From Desulfobacterales bacterium (GTDB taxonomy: Bacteria; Desulfobacterota; Desulfobacteria; Desulfobacterales; UBA5852), in the NCBI GenBank assembly GCA_963674755.2, contig CAXXVS010000003.1, forward strand, positions 736,001 through 800,000: a stretch of DNA of 64,000 nucleotides. Direction: 5' to 3'. The number at the start of each line of letters is the position of its first letter. Positions within the stretch are counted from its first letter, which is position 1. The position numbers and the translations under genes are program-made. The notes under the pieces are model-generated. The model saw only the letters and a list, made by a program, of their open reading frames with translations. It did no database searches and was not told the DNA's origin. Below, one piece after another: positions 1 through 11,069 of this stretch.

Positions 1-332
1 ACCGAGAGCCAGCGGCCGCCCGCCAACTGAACCTCGGTCTGGGCGCGTCCATGCGATTTCACCATGGACAGGATGGGGCAGTGGCCGATGGGGGTGCCCG
101 TGCCGTGCACGAGTTCGTAGCAGGTTTTACCGAGCACGTCCTCCCGCTTGATCCCGAGAAAGTCTTCCACCGCCCGGTTGCTGCGCACAATCCGGAAATC
201 GTGGTCTATGATGCATACCCAGTCGGACATGGCGTCCACCGTTTCTTCCCATTCGGAGGAGGAACGGGCGCGTTCTGCTTCGAGAGCGGCAATGCGGGCC
301 TGCAGGCGGGCGATCGTATCGTCGGCGGTCAT
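1..332 (-). CDS. PAS-domain sensor protein, 5' part (continues beyond the window start)
   Basis: Minus-strand frame from ATG at 332 reads MTADDTIARLQARIAALEAE...EWEETVDAMSDWVCIIDHDFRIVRSNRAVEDFLG..EDVLGKTCYELVHG, a coiled coil followed by a PAS fold; absent from the ORF track because it has no stop inside the window. Confidence 0.8.
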   Translation of the reverse strand, partial: MTADDTIARLQARIAALEAERARSSSEWEETVDAMSDWVCIIDHDFRIVRSNRAVEDFLGIKREDVLGKTCYELVHGTGTPIGHCPILSMVKSHGRAQTEVQLAGGRWLS

Positions 333-878
333 GGCGTATCCGGGGCAACGCGGCGCCGTAACGCAGCCATGCAACCCAAAGCGCTGGCGCGCATTGTCGG
401 CGATTTTTCGCGTCCCAGTTGTCAGGTCCTGCCGGCTTCAGCGCACAAGCAAACCAGATCGCGTCGCGGGTGGGATGGGACGATATCCGATTCGAGGGAG
501 GACGGGCGGCAAAGCCCGTTTGTGCATCTCATACCTTACCGCCATGGTGCAGGGGGGTCAATAGCGGACACGTCGGGAGGGGGTGACCAAGCTTCCCGGT
601 CCCGGTCCCATTGGGCAGGACCGGAAAAACATGCCTAAAACATCCGGTGGCCGTATGATAAAAAAACAACGAAATCAATGGGATTAGCAGGTGGTTGCGG
701 CAGGGTGCTTTACAAGCCCCGATTCTGGTGGTAGGGGGAGGGTGCTTTACAGGTTTGATACGCAGCCGGCATCCCTCCCTCTTAAATCACCATAGTGAAA
801 CGGAAAGCGCCTGGTTCGACAGCCGATCGGCTTTCGAGAGGGGCACGGCAGCACCGCATACGGGCGAGGAAGACACCG

Positions 879-2585
879 ATGACCATGCAGGACAGCAGCA
901 GTTTCGGGTCCGGTTTGACACCGTTTTCCGGCGCCATGCTGGACAGCAGCAATTTCCACCAGATCCTGTCCAACGGCAACAGCCACAAACTCCTGGCTTT
1001 TTTCAGATGCCGCAAGCAACAGATTCACGACTATCTGCTGGCTTTTCTTGGCTCCCAGCCGCCGTCGCTTTATCAGGAATTTATTTTGACGCATACCGAG
1101 GGCCAGGGGCGTATCAATATTTATCTTGATTCTTTTGAAGCAGCGCTTTCCGGGAAGGTCGACCGCTTTCTGGAGGACCAGAAGAAGATCGGCTATATCC
1201 GCGCCCTGGAAGGCTATCACCTGAACGATGTCTATAGCTACACGGTCTGCTTCAAGGATGCGTTATGGCGCGTCAGCCAGGAATACAATCAAAATGAAGC
1301 CCGGGCGGCCTATCGCCTGAATATCGACGATATCTTCATGTTCAACAAGCTGCTGGACGGCGCCTATTATTTGCTTTCCCTGTCGTTTCTGGAAACGCGC
1401 GACGAAATCATCATGCGCCATCGCGAGCAGCTGCAAGCGCTCCAGCGTTTCGCCGCAGGGATCGTTTCGGTTTTTGAAGAGGAGAAAATCTGGGCCCAGA
1501 CGACCCAGGGTGTCTTCGATGTCTTCGGACTGACGGGAACCTTCATTTTGATCGACGAAGGAGGGCTCCGCCAATCCTCGAGCCGGGCTTATCGCATGAT
1601 TGGCCTGCAAGTGGCGCAAAGTGATTTGGAGAAGGTTCTGGAAGGCATCGGGCACACCTCGAAGCCGACGGCCCTCGACCGCCGCAATACGCTGATCAGC
1701 CTGTCGTTTCCGGCAGATACCGACCAGTTCCGGCTGGTCGCTTCGCCCATCATGGACCCCAAAAACAACCTTGTCGGGGTCCTTTGCGTCCATGACCAGG
1801 GACGTCTGTTTCCGTTTCCCAGATTCGATCAAAACCTGTTGCTGCACTTTTCCTTTTTTACGGGGGCTGTTTCGGCCAACTGCCGCATGGTCTCGGAGAT
1901 CGCCGAAAACCGCATGGATCTGCGCAATCTCACGGCGCGCCTGATTTCTGTTCAGGAGAAGGAACGCAAAAAGATTGCCGCCGACATCCATGACGTCCTG
2001 ACCCAGGCCCTCACCGCTATCGGCTACAAAGCCCTGTATTGTATGGAAGTCGCCGGCCAGGACTCCGGCGCCCTGCACCGGGAGCTGGAGCTTCTCACCG
2101 ATACCGTCAATGATGCCCTGCGCCAGTCGCGGCAGATCATCAGCAATTTGCGGCCCCATATCCTGGACGATATCGGAGTGGTTGCGGCTTTCCGGAAGCT
2201 TGTGGGGGATTTCGGGCGCGAATTCGGCCTGCAAGCCCATTTTTACCACCCCGAACAACTGCAGCTCGACCCCGACAAGGGCATCGCCCTGTTTCGTATC
2301 CTGCAGGAGGCCCTGCATAATACCCGCCGCCATGCCGCGGCCACCCAGGTCGATCTGACCCTGCGGGTGGCCGCGGATGAGACGTTGTTCATGACCGTGA
2401 AGGACAACGGATGCGGGTTCGATATGCAGAAGAAAAGCCGCAGCCGCCAAAAGACGGGCCTGGGATTGCTCACCATGCGCGAACGGGCGGAAGACATTGG
2501 GGGCACCTTCCAGTTGATTTCTTCCGCCGGCCGGGGCTGCGAGATCATCGTGAGCGTTCCGCTGGGAAAGGCACAAAATGGCTGA
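879..2585 (+). CDS. Cytoplasmic sensor histidine kinase, NarX/HisKA_3 type, with an N-terminal sensor region and a GAF domain
   Basis: H-box ERKKIAADIHDVLTQ, N-box ILQEALHN, DNGCGF and GLGLLTMRERAE; GAGGA RBS before ATG 879; no obvious transmembrane segment. Confidence 0.9.
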   Translation: MTMQDSSSFGSGLTPFSGAMLDSSNFHQILSNGNSHKLLAFFRCRKQQIHDYLLAFLGSQPPSLYQEFILTHTEGQGRINIYLDSFEAALSGKVDRFLEDQKKIGYIRALEGYHLNDVYSYTVCFKDALWRVSQEYNQNEARAAYRLNIDDIFMFNKLLDGAYYLLSLSFLETRDEIIMRHREQLQALQRFAAGIVSVFEEEKIWAQTTQGVFDVFGLTGTFILIDEGGLRQSSSRAYRMIGLQVAQSDLEKVLEGIGHTSKPTALDRRNTLISLSFPADTDQFRLVASPIMDPKNNLVGVLCVHDQGRLFPFPRFDQNLLLHFSFFTGAVSANCRMVSEIAENRMDLRNLTARLISVQEKERKKIAADIHDVLTQALTAIGYKALYCMEVAGQDSGALHRELELLTDTVNDALRQSRQIISNLRPHILDDIGVVAAFRKLVGDFGREFGLQAHFYHPEQLQLDPDKGIALFRILQEALHNTRRHAAATQVDLTLRVAADETLFMTVKDNGCGFDMQKKSRSRQKTGLGLLTMRERAEDIGGTFQLISSAGRGCEIIVSVPLGKAQNG

Positions 2586-3240
2586 TCGCATACGCGTTAT
2601 GGTGGTGGACGACCATACCATCGTCCGGGAAGGGATCAAAGCCCTGCTCGAACTTCAGGAAGACATCGAGGTGGTCGGTGAAGCCACGTCCAGCAGTGAG
2701 TTTCTCGATAAGCTCGAATCCGTCCTGCCCGATGTGAGCCTGATCGATCTCAAGATGCCGGGGATCGACGGGATCGAGGCCGCGCGGCTGGCGAAAGCCA
2801 AATATCCGAGCATCAAGATAATCCTGCTCACCAATTATGATGACGAAGAATATGTCATGGAGGCGATCAAGGCCGGGGCCGACGGCTATGTGCTCAAAGA
2901 TGTCAAAAAGGGCGACCTGATCACGATCATACGGGGCGTATTGCACGACCACGCCTTCATCGACCCGACGGTGGCCTGCAAGCTGTTCCGCAGTATACGG
3001 CAGTCCACCGCCGCAGATGAGCAGACGATCGCGCGTCCGATCTTTTCCGAAAGAGAACTCCAGATTTTGGCACACCTGGCCGAAGGCCAATCCAACAAGG
3101 CAATCGCCCATACGCTCTGCCTGTCGCCGGATACGGTAAAATCCCACCTGAAGAACATCTACCAAAAGCTGGGGGTTCACAACCGCTCCCAGGCGGCACG
3201 GGCGGCGATCCAGGGCAAACTGATCCATTTGGCCCACTAG
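2578..3240 (+). CDS. NarL/FixJ-family response regulator
   Basis: VVDDH...DLKMPG receiver plus LuxR HTH (SERELQIL..LAEGQSNKAIA..L.LSPDTVKSHLKNIYQKLGV); overlaps the kinase stop. Confidence 0.93.
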   Translation: MADRIRVMVVDDHTIVREGIKALLELQEDIEVVGEATSSSEFLDKLESVLPDVSLIDLKMPGIDGIEAARLAKAKYPSIKIILLTNYDDEEYVMEAIKAGADGYVLKDVKKGDLITIIRGVLHDHAFIDPTVACKLFRSIRQSTAADEQTIARPIFSERELQILAHLAEGQSNKAIAHTLCLSPDTVKSHLKNIYQKLGVHNRSQAARAAIQGKLIHLAH

Positions 3241-3607
3241 ACGGTCAAGCGTGCGGCAACCGCCGTCTGCGCTAAGATGCCGGCTCAGAACGATCCCGAT
3301 CGTCGGGGGTGCCGCCACCCCCCTGGCCCCCATATCTACCCCTAAGGGTACCCCTTTTTCACCCGATCAGGGCATTTACTTCCTTTCCGCCCGCTGCTAT
3401 TCCCCCTTACAATCTGAAGGGTCTTCAATGACCGATTGTCATTACCCCTTTGGATGCGTTGAGGGAAGCCTACGCCGATTCGTTTTATGAGTATATGGGA
3501 CCGCAACGGCGTCCCTATTCTTAAACCCCCCGAAGCACGGTGTGCGGCAGGCGCAGCCGCCTGAACCGCCGTATGGGAACTTTCGGGAAAACCTGAGGAG
3601 GCTGAAA

Positions 3608-4750
3608 ATGGGCAAAAGTGAAATCGCCAAGGGAATTTCACGCCGCAAGTTTTTAAAGGACGTGGTGTTGGGGGGGGCGGCCGTCGGGGCCAGCCTGGGC
3701 ATGTTTCCGGGCGTCGGTATCTCCAGGGCCGCCAAGAAGGGCGTCTACACCCTCAAATACGACTGTTATATCGGTCCCACCGCGGAACCGGCCCAGCTCG
3801 ACAACTGGTTTCTGGACGAAATCGTCAAACGCAGTGACGGCCGCATCCAGATCAAGAAGTTCTGGTCGGGCTCCCTGCATAAAGTGGGTCAGCACCTGCC
3901 GGCCATTCGGGACGGCCTCTCCGAGATTTCCCTGATCAGCTACGGCTACTATCCTTCCGCGGTGCCGTTGAGCCGGGGCCTGGAATGGTATTACCACGGG
4001 TGCGATCATGCCGACAGTCTGCTTCACGTGTGCCGGGATATTTACGAGGCCACACCCGAGCTGCGCCAGGAATGGGAAGACCGCAACAACGCCAAGGTGC
4101 TCTATTTCACCAACTGGAGCTATTGCCCCTTTATCATGAAGGAGCCGCTGCCCAATGTCGAGGCCCTTAAAGGCAAAAAGGTCCGGGGCTACGGGATCGG
4201 CGCCGATACGGTCAATCGGCTGGGCGGGCAGGGGATGCCCATCGTGGCCGGCGAAGTCTACACTTCCCTGGAGCGGGGCATCCTGGACGGGGCCTTCGCC
4301 TTCGCGTTTATCACGGCCGAGAAGATGAAGCTGCACGAGCAGGCCCCCTACATCGTGGAAGGCGGGGCGGGCGCCCATGCGCCGACCACCGTCGTTATGA
4401 ACCGCAACATCTGGCGCTCCCTCCCGGATGATTTGAAAGAGGTCATCAATCAAACCGTGGCCGATATCTATGAATGGCGCTATCTGGAACTCTACAGCCA
4501 GCTGACCGAAGAAAGTGTGGACAAGATGGTCAAGGCCGGCGCCCAATTTTCCACCTGGTCGAAAGCGGAAAAGCAAAAGGCGGCCGCCATGGTCCAGCCG
4601 GCCCAGATCAACGAGTGGATCGAGAAGATCGCCAAGCCGAATCACTTCGACGGGGTGGCCTTCCAGGAAAAGGTTACGGAGCTGATCAAGAAATATGAAC
4701 CCGGGAAGCTCAAGAATCCCTGGGAAACCTACCAGCAGAAGTACATGTAA
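3608..4750 (+). CDS. dctP: TRAP transporter substrate-binding protein with twin-arginine signal
   Basis: SRRKFLK Tat motif; LKGKKVR and GEVYTSLERGILDG DctP motifs; GAGGAG RBS. Confidence 0.9.
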   Translation: MGKSEIAKGISRRKFLKDVVLGGAAVGASLGMFPGVGISRAAKKGVYTLKYDCYIGPTAEPAQLDNWFLDEIVKRSDGRIQIKKFWSGSLHKVGQHLPAIRDGLSEISLISYGYYPSAVPLSRGLEWYYHGCDHADSLLHVCRDIYEATPELRQEWEDRNNAKVLYFTNWSYCPFIMKEPLPNVEALKGKKVRGYGIGADTVNRLGGQGMPIVAGEVYTSLERGILDGAFAFAFITAEKMKLHEQAPYIVEGGAGAHAPTTVVMNRNIWRSLPDDLKEVINQTVADIYEWRYLELYSQLTEESVDKMVKAGAQFSTWSKAEKQKAAAMVQPAQINEWIEKIAKPNHFDGVAFQEKVTELIKKYEPGKLKNPWETYQQKYM

Positions 4751-4853
4751 CGTTCTTCCTCAGGCCGGATCGGCGCGGAGGCGCACGGGATGCATGCGCC
4801 TCCGGCCGGCCCCGCTGTAACGCTTCGGCTGCCGCCCCGGAGAAGGTGCCCTT

Positions 4854-5384
4854 ATGGTCAGATCGCACGACAGGCTGATGGTGGAAAGACTTGCGGACGG
4901 GTACACGGTTTTCTGCACGATCACGGGTGTCGTGGCCGCCGTCACGATCGCCCTGATGATGGTGAGCACAACCCTCGATGCCTCGGCCCGCTATGTGCTC
5001 AACAACCCGATTCCGGGGGTCTTCGAACTCAACGAGGTGTTGCTGGTCATTTGTGTCTACATGGGATTGGCCTGGACCCAGATCGAGCGGGGCCATATCC
5101 GGGTAACGGCCTTCCTGCGCAACCTCACCCCCAGGACGGAAGCCGGCTTCAACATCCTGGCCTGGGTGGTGACCTTCATCTTCATTTCAATCCTGGCCTA
5201 TCAAAGCGCGATCGGGGCCTGGGAGTCCTTCCAGATACGTGAGTTCCGCTGGGGCTCGGTCCAGATGCCGATCTGGTGGGCCAAGGCCCTCGTTCCGATG
5301 GGCTGCCTGATGATGGACCTCCAGCTGATCATCGACATCTGGAAAGAAGTCGAGGTCATACGCGGCCGTCTGTCCCGGTCATAG
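4854..5384 (+). CDS. dctQ: TRAP transporter small permease
   Basis: About four TM helices, GHIRV motif, position between dctP and dctM. Confidence 0.88.
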   Translation: MVRSHDRLMVERLADGYTVFCTITGVVAAVTIALMMVSTTLDASARYVLNNPIPGVFELNEVLLVICVYMGLAWTQIERGHIRVTAFLRNLTPRTEAGFNILAWVVTFIFISILAYQSAIGAWESFQIREFRWGSVQMPIWWAKALVPMGCLMMDLQLIIDIWKEVEVIRGRLSRS

Positions 5385-5446
5385 ATGCGGTTCGGGCTGC
5401 TCTCGCTAAACCTGGTTTCTCAAGCGTGCACGGAAGGTAATCGATA

Positions 5447-6763
5447 ATGGATCCCTTGGTAGCCGTATTGGGCAGTGTCCCCTTAGTACTCATCATGCTG
5501 GCGGCGGGTATTCCGGTGTTCACTTCTCTCGGCATTACCGGTTTTCTCGGCTGTGCCGCGATCGCCGGTTTCGACATGGCTTTGATTCAGCTCAAGGTCT
5601 TCCCCTATGTCCAGACCGCCAGCTATCTGCTCGTGGTCGTGCCCCTGTTCGTGATCATGGGGCACTTCGCCTTCAAGGCCGGCATCGGCAAGGATGTCTA
5701 CCTGATCGGGCGCAACTGGTTTTCCCAGTTTCCGGCCGGTCTCGGGGTGGCGACCATCATCGGCAGCGCCGGCTTTGCGGCCTGTTCCGGATCGAGCGTG
5801 GCCACCGCCGCCACCATGGGGGCCGTGGCGGTGCCGGAGATGCGCGACCAGGGCTACGACCCCAAACTGGCCTGCGGTATCGTGGCCGCCGGCGGGGTGT
5901 TGGGCATCCTCATTCCGCCCAGCGTGATCCTGGTGTTCTACGGTGTCATCACGGATACCTCGGTGGGATCGATGCTGATTGCGGGTGTCATTCCCGGCCT
6001 TATTTCGGTGGTGATCTACGTCCTCGGCCTGACCCTGCTAAGCCGCATCGAGCCGACCCTGGCGCCCAAACCGCTGGCGGTAAGCTGGGCCGAGCGTTTT
6101 CGCAGCCTCAAGTACGGGGTGGGCGCCTTTCTGCTTTTCTTCATCGTGGTGGGCGGGATCTATATCGGCTGGTTCACCCCCACCGAGGCGGCCGCCGTGG
6201 GGGCCTTTGTCAGCTTCCTTGCCATGGTGGTGCGCCGCCGCCAGCTCCAGGAGCCCTTCGGCGAGGCCCTCAAGGATTGCTTCATCTCCACCCTGCGGAC
6301 CTCCTGCATGGTCTTCATCGTGATCGTGGGCGCCGGTCTCTACAGTTATTTCCTGACCCTGGCCCAGGTGCCCCAGATGGTGTCCGCCTGGGTGGCCACG
6401 CTGCCGGTGCCGCCCATGGTGGTGGTGGGCCTCTTCCTGCTCCTCTACATCCCGCTGGGCATGCTGCTGGATTCCTTTTCCCTGCTGCTGGTGACCCTGC
6501 CCATCATGTTCCCGGTGGTGGTCGACCAAATGGGGTTCAACGCCCTGTGGTTCGGCATCCTGTCCACCAAACTCTGCGAGGTGGGGCTCATCAGCCCGCC
6601 GGTGGGGCTCAATGTCTATGTACTGGCCGGAGTGGTGCGGGACGTGCCGCTGGCCGATATTTTCAAAGGCTGCCTGTGGTTCGTCCTGTTCGAACTCGTG
6701 GCGGCCCTCGTTCTGTTCGGTTTCCCTTCCCTGAGCTACTGGCTGCCCATGACGATGCAGTAG
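5447..6763 (+). CDS. dctM: TRAP transporter large permease
   Basis: SGSSVATAA, LGILIPPS, FTPTEAAAVG and ISPPVGLNVY motifs. Confidence 0.93.
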   Translation: MDPLVAVLGSVPLVLIMLAAGIPVFTSLGITGFLGCAAIAGFDMALIQLKVFPYVQTASYLLVVVPLFVIMGHFAFKAGIGKDVYLIGRNWFSQFPAGLGVATIIGSAGFAACSGSSVATAATMGAVAVPEMRDQGYDPKLACGIVAAGGVLGILIPPSVILVFYGVITDTSVGSMLIAGVIPGLISVVIYVLGLTLLSRIEPTLAPKPLAVSWAERFRSLKYGVGAFLLFFIVVGGIYIGWFTPTEAAAVGAFVSFLAMVVRRRQLQEPFGEALKDCFISTLRTSCMVFIVIVGAGLYSYFLTLAQVPQMVSAWVATLPVPPMVVVGLFLLLYIPLGMLLDSFSLLLVTLPIMFPVVVDQMGFNALWFGILSTKLCEVGLISPPVGLNVYVLAGVVRDVPLADIFKGCLWFVLFELVAALVLFGFPSLSYWLPMTMQ

Positions 6764-6827
6764 GCCGTCAGGCGGATCAGCCCGGGGGAAGGACCGCATT
6801 CCACGTTTTGATTGCATGGAGGACCGC

Positions 6828-7607
6828 ATGGACAATAGCGCAATGAATCTGAAGGGACGCACGGCCATCGTAACGGGCGGCGCCCGCGGCATCGGGGCCG
6901 CCGCGGCCTGCGCCCTGGCCCGCCAGGGGGCCGACATCATCGTGGCCGACCTGATCGATGGAACCGAAACCGTGGCCCGGGTCGAGGCTCTGGGCCGCCG
7001 GGCCATCGCAGTGGAGACCAATGTGTGCGCCCCGGAAGATGTGCGCCGGATGGTGGAGAAGGCCATCGAGGCTTTCGGAACAATCGATATCCTGGTGAAC
7101 AACGCCGGGGTGGTGCACCGGGACAGCCTGCTGGAGACCTCGGAGGCCACCTGGGATCGCGTGGTGGGCGTGATTCTGAAAGGAACTTTTTTCTGCATCC
7201 AGGCGGTCTACCCGCACATGCGGGAGCGCGGCTACGGCAAGATCGTCAACGTCAGCTCCATTTCCGGCATCATCGGGGGGGCGGTGTCCAAACTGGACGA
7301 TTTGCCGGAAGCCGCCCGCGGCCGCTCCGGACCGGCCTACGCGGCGGGCAAGGGCGGCGTCATCGCGCTGACCCGCTGGATCGCCAAGGACGTGGCCAAG
7401 GACGGGATCTACGTGAACAGTATCGCCCCGGGGGCCTGCCAGACCGAAATGACCAGGGGCTTCGACTACAACGTCTCGATGCTGCCGATCGCCCGCATGG
7501 GGCAGCCCGAGGAGATGGCGGAAGCGATCGTCTTTCTGGCTTCCGATGCGTCCAGCTATATCACCGGCCAGGTGCTCAACGTGGACGGCGGCTGGGTCAT
7601 GGCCTGA
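6828..7607 (+). CDS. SDR-family oxidoreductase (FabG-like)
   Basis: TGGARGIG, NNAG, YAAGK catalytic motif, ITGQVLNVDGG; GGAGG RBS before ATG 6828. Confidence 0.9.
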   Translation: MDNSAMNLKGRTAIVTGGARGIGAAAACALARQGADIIVADLIDGTETVARVEALGRRAIAVETNVCAPEDVRRMVEKAIEAFGTIDILVNNAGVVHRDSLLETSEATWDRVVGVILKGTFFCIQAVYPHMRERGYGKIVNVSSISGIIGGAVSKLDDLPEAARGRSGPAYAAGKGGVIALTRWIAKDVAKDGIYVNSIAPGACQTEMTRGFDYNVSMLPIARMGQPEEMAEAIVFLASDASSYITGQVLNVDGGWVMA

Positions 7608-7647
7608 ACCGGCCGGCCTTTCCACCAGAGACTTCAGGAGTGTATCG

Positions 7648-9210
7648 ATGAACCTAAGCATGCTGCTGACCAAGACCGCCCGGCTCTTCCCGGACAAGCC
7701 CGCCATCATCCACGGGGAGCGGGTGTTGACCTACGCCCGGTTCAATGCCCGCGTCAATCAACTGGCCCATGCCCTGCGGGGCCTCGGCGTACGGAAGGGC
7801 GACAATGTAGCCATTCTGCAGTACAACTATCCCGAGACGTTCGAATCCCTGTTTGCCTGCTTCAAGCTGGGGGCCGGGGCCGTGCCCATCAATTTCCGGC
7901 TGCATCCCAAAGAATTCGCCTTTATCATCGATCACTCCGATGCCAAGGCGGTCATCTTATCCCCCGAATTCAACCGGCCGATCCTCGACGTCCAGGACCG
8001 CATACCCAAGGCCGCCATCCTGATCAGCTTGCAGGGCGACGGGAGCCCGCTGCTCAATTACGAAACCCTGCTGGTCCGGGAAGACGATACGTTTAGCGAT
8101 GAAGACGTTTCCCCCGACGACCTGGCTTGGCTGTTCTATACCTCCGGGACCACCGGCATGCCCAAAGGGGCCATGCTGACCCACGGCAACCTGCTGGGGA
8201 TGTCCATGAATTTCTATGCCGATATCGCCCCGGGGTTTTCCTGCCGGGACGTGATCCTGCATGCCGCGCCCCTTTCCCACGGCAGCGGGCTCTATGGGCT
8301 GCCCAACATCGGCAAAGGGGCCACCAATGTCATCCTGGCCTCGAAATCCTTCGATCCGCCCCTGGTGTTCCGGAGTATCGAGAAGTACCGGGTGACCAAC
8401 ATGTTCGCCGCCCCGACCATGATCAAGATGCTCATCGACCATCCGGATGTGGACCGCTGCGATTTGAGTTCGCTACGGGCCCTCAACTACGGCGGCGCCC
8501 CCATGCTGCGGGAAGACCTCAAGAAGGCGATTCGCAAGCTCGGACCGTGCCTGGTCCAGCTCTTCGGCCAGGGTGAATCGCCCATGACCATCTCCTACCT
8601 GCCGCACTGGGCCCACCAGGCGGAGGGCAGCGCCGCGCAGACCGAACGCCTGGGGTCGGCCGGATTTCCCAGGACTGACGTGGAAGTGCGGATTTTCGAC
8701 GAAGACGACCGCGAACTGCCGCCCGGTCAGATCGGAGAAATCGTGACCCGTTCGCAGATGATGATGGCCGGGTACTGGAAAAACCCCGAGGCCACGGCCC
8801 AGACCCTTAAAAACGGATGGCTGCACACCGGCGACGTGGGCTACCTGGACGACCAGGGCTATTTGTTCATCATTGACCGCTCGAAAGACATGATCATCAG
8901 CGGCGGGGAGAACATCTATCCCCGGGAAATCGAGGAGGTCCTGGTGCAGCACCCGGCCGTACGGGAGGTGTCGGTCATCGGCGTGCCGCATCCCAAATGG
9001 GGAGAGGCCATCAAGGGCGTGGTCTCGCTCAATCCGGGCGCCGCCGCCACCGAAGAGGAGCTGATCGATTTTTGTAAGGAAAACATCGCCAGCTACAAGA
9101 AACCCAAATCCATCGATTTTGTCGACGAGCTGCCCAAGAACAACTACGGCAAAATCCTCAAGCGCGAACTGCGCGCCCGGTATTGGGATCTCGAAGAACG
9201 CCAGGTATAG
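7648..9210 (+). CDS. Acyl-CoA synthetase (long-chain fatty acid-CoA ligase family)
   Basis: [34 protein letters not shown] and [11 protein letters not shown] motifs. Confidence 0.92.
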   Translation: MNLSMLLTKTARLFPDKPAIIHGERVLTYARFNARVNQLAHALRGLGVRKGDNVAILQYNYPETFESLFACFKLGAGAVPINFRLHPKEFAFIIDHSDAKAVILSPEFNRPILDVQDRIPKAAILISLQGDGSPLLNYETLLVREDDTFSDEDVSPDDLAWLFYTSGTTGMPKGAMLTHGNLLGMSMNFYADIAPGFSCRDVILHAAPLSHGSGLYGLPNIGKGATNVILASKSFDPPLVFRSIEKYRVTNMFAAPTMIKMLIDHPDVDRCDLSSLRALNYGGAPMLREDLKKAIRKLGPCLVQLFGQGESPMTISYLPHWAHQAEGSAAQTERLGSAGFPRTDVEVRIFDEDDRELPPGQIGEIVTRSQMMMAGYWKNPEATAQTLKNGWLHTGDVGYLDDQGYLFIIDRSKDMIISGGENIYPREIEEVLVQHPAVREVSVIGVPHPKWGEAIKGVVSLNPGAAATEEELIDFCKENIASYKKPKSIDFVDELPKNNYGKILKRELRARYWDLEERQV

Positions 9211-9221
9211 GAGACGCCACC

Positions 9222-9629
9222 ATGGAAGAGACGCGGGATCAAAAGCGCTATGAGCGGGGTCTGGCCAAATTGTCGGAAGTGGACGGCAAGTGGGGCCAGC
9301 AGGTGATCGAAGCCCTCCGGGACATCGCCCCGGATATGGCCCGCTACATCATCGAGTTTTCCTTCGGCGACATCTACTGCCGTCCGGGTCTCGACCTGAA
9401 ATCGCGCGAGATCGCCACGGTGGCCGCCCTGACCGCCCTCGGCAATGCCGCGCCCCAACTCAAGGTGCATATCCACGCCGCCTTGAACGTGGGCTGCACG
9501 CGCACCGAAGTGGTGGAAACGATCATGCATATGGCGGTCTTTGCCGGGTTTCCGGCCGCGCTGAACGGGCTGTATGCCGCCAAGGAAGTCTTTGCAGAAC
9601 GCGGTTCGGACCATGACAGCGGAAAATAG
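9222..9629 (+). CDS. Carboxymuconolactone decarboxylase family protein
   Basis: [45 protein letters not shown]. Confidence 0.88.
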   Translation: MEETRDQKRYERGLAKLSEVDGKWGQQVIEALRDIAPDMARYIIEFSFGDIYCRPGLDLKSREIATVAALTALGNAAPQLKVHIHAALNVGCTRTEVVETIMHMAVFAGFPAALNGLYAAKEVFAERGSDHDSGK

Positions 9630-9800
9630 CCGTCGCGGGAATGGGGTGCCGTCCGGGCGGGAAACCCGTTCCGCCGCCGGAGACGATGAGCCGCCCCGGT
9701 TCAAAGCAGCAGCGGTTCGCTAAAGGCAATGCAACGCCGCCAGGGGCGGGGACTTAACCCCCCGTCCATCGCCGGCGGATTCAACCAGGGAGGCCCTTAA

Positions 9801-11069
9801 ATGCCGCAACCAAGAAAACTGGCGCGAGGCGTCGCCATCGTCGGGGCGGGCATGTCGAAATTCGGCATGTTCCCCGCCAAGAACTCCAAGGACCTGTTCG
9901 CCGAGGCCTTCCAAGAGATGATCGCTTCGGTGGACAAGGGGGTCGACGCGGCCGATATCGACGCCCTCTACCTCGGCAACTTCACCAACGACTTTTTCGT
10001 GCACCAGGCCCACTGGGGACCCATCATGGCCGATCTGATCGGCCTTACGCCCAAACCCGCCACCCGCACCGAAGGGGCCTGCGCCTCCAGCGCCCTGGCC
10101 TTCCGGGAGGGCGTTTTCGCCATCGCCTCGGGCTTCTACGACATGGTGCTCGTGGGGGGCGCGGAAGACATGTCCAAACGGACCACCGAAGAGGTGGCCG
10201 AGGGACTGGCCCTGGCGACCTTCCCCTACGAGGGCCAGGCGGGCTTCACCTTCCCGGGGGTGTTCGGCGCCCTGGCCACGGCCTATTTTGCGAAATACGG
10301 GGCCGGCCGGGAAGATCTGATGAACATCACCATCAAGAGCCATAAAAACGCGGCCTTGAACCCCAAAGCCCAGTTCCCCCTGACCATCCGGGAGATCATG
10401 GCGGCCCGCCAGGCCAGCGCGGCCCGCAAGGGGCGGCCGGTGGTCGACTGGCCGGACGAGAAGGCCTTTTTGTCCGACCCGGCCGTCAATCCGATGGTGG
10501 CCTGGCCCATGCACCTTTACGACTGCTGCCCCATCAGCGACGGGGCCAGCTGCATGCTGCTGGTGGCCGAAGAGCGGGCCCGGGAGTTCACCGATCATCC
10601 CATCCGTGTGGCCGGCCTTGGCCAGGGCAGCGGCCGCGGGCTGCATGCCTGCCAATCCCTGACCTCATTCGAGGCCACGCGCTATGCCGCCCGGGAGGCC
10701 TACGGCATGGCGGGCGCCGAGCCGGGCGACATCCAGTTCGCCGAGGTGCACGACTGTTTTTCCATGGCCGAGCTGATCCATGTCGAAGATCTGGGCTTTT
10801 TCAAGCCCGGCGAAGGCTTCCGCGCCATTGGGGACGGCGCCACGGCCCTGGACGGGCCGATCCCCATCAATACCTCGGGCGGGCTCAAATGCAAGGGGCA
10901 TCCGGTGGGCGCCACGGGCGTCTCCCAGCTCTACGAAGTCTGGACCCAGCTCAGGGGGCAGGCCGGTCCGCGCCAGGTGCCCCAAGGGGATCTCCGCCTG
11001 GGGGCGGCCCACAATCTGGGGGGCACCGGCGGCACCTGTACCTTCACGATTCTGGAGAGGAGGGCATGA
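9801..11069 (+). CDS. Thiolase, SCP2/archaeal type (acetyl-CoA acyltransferase)
   Basis: EGACASS, PISDGAS, EVHDCF and GHPVGATG motifs. Confidence 0.9.
   Translation: MPQPRKLARGVAIVGAGMSKFGMFPAKNSKDLFAEAFQEMIASVDKGVDAADIDALYLGNFTNDFFVHQAHWGPIMADLIGLTPKPATRTEGACASSALAFREGVFAIASGFYDMVLVGGAEDMSKRTTEEVAEGLALATFPYEGQAGFTFPGVFGALATAYFAKYGAGREDLMNITIKSHKNAALNPKAQFPLTIREIMAARQASAARKGRPVVDWPDEKAFLSDPAVNPMVAWPMHLYDCCPISDGASCMLLVAEERAREFTDHPIRVAGLGQGSGRGLHACQSLTSFEATRYAAREAYGMAGAEPGDIQFAEVHDCFSMAELIHVEDLGFFKPGEGFRAIGDGATALDGPIPINTSGGLKCKGHPVGATGVSQLYEVWTQLRGQAGPRQVPQGDLRLGAAHNLGGTGGTCTFTILERRA

Noticed and set aside
51..638. 195-aa plus-strand ORF
   Set aside because: Antisense shadow of the minus-strand PAS gene starting at 332; no recognisable motifs
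1263..2639. Long antisense ORFs (also 3653-4645, 6038-7198, 9720-10655, 18815-19768, 38822-40117 and others)
   Set aside because: Mirror frames of well-supported genes, expected in high-GC sequence
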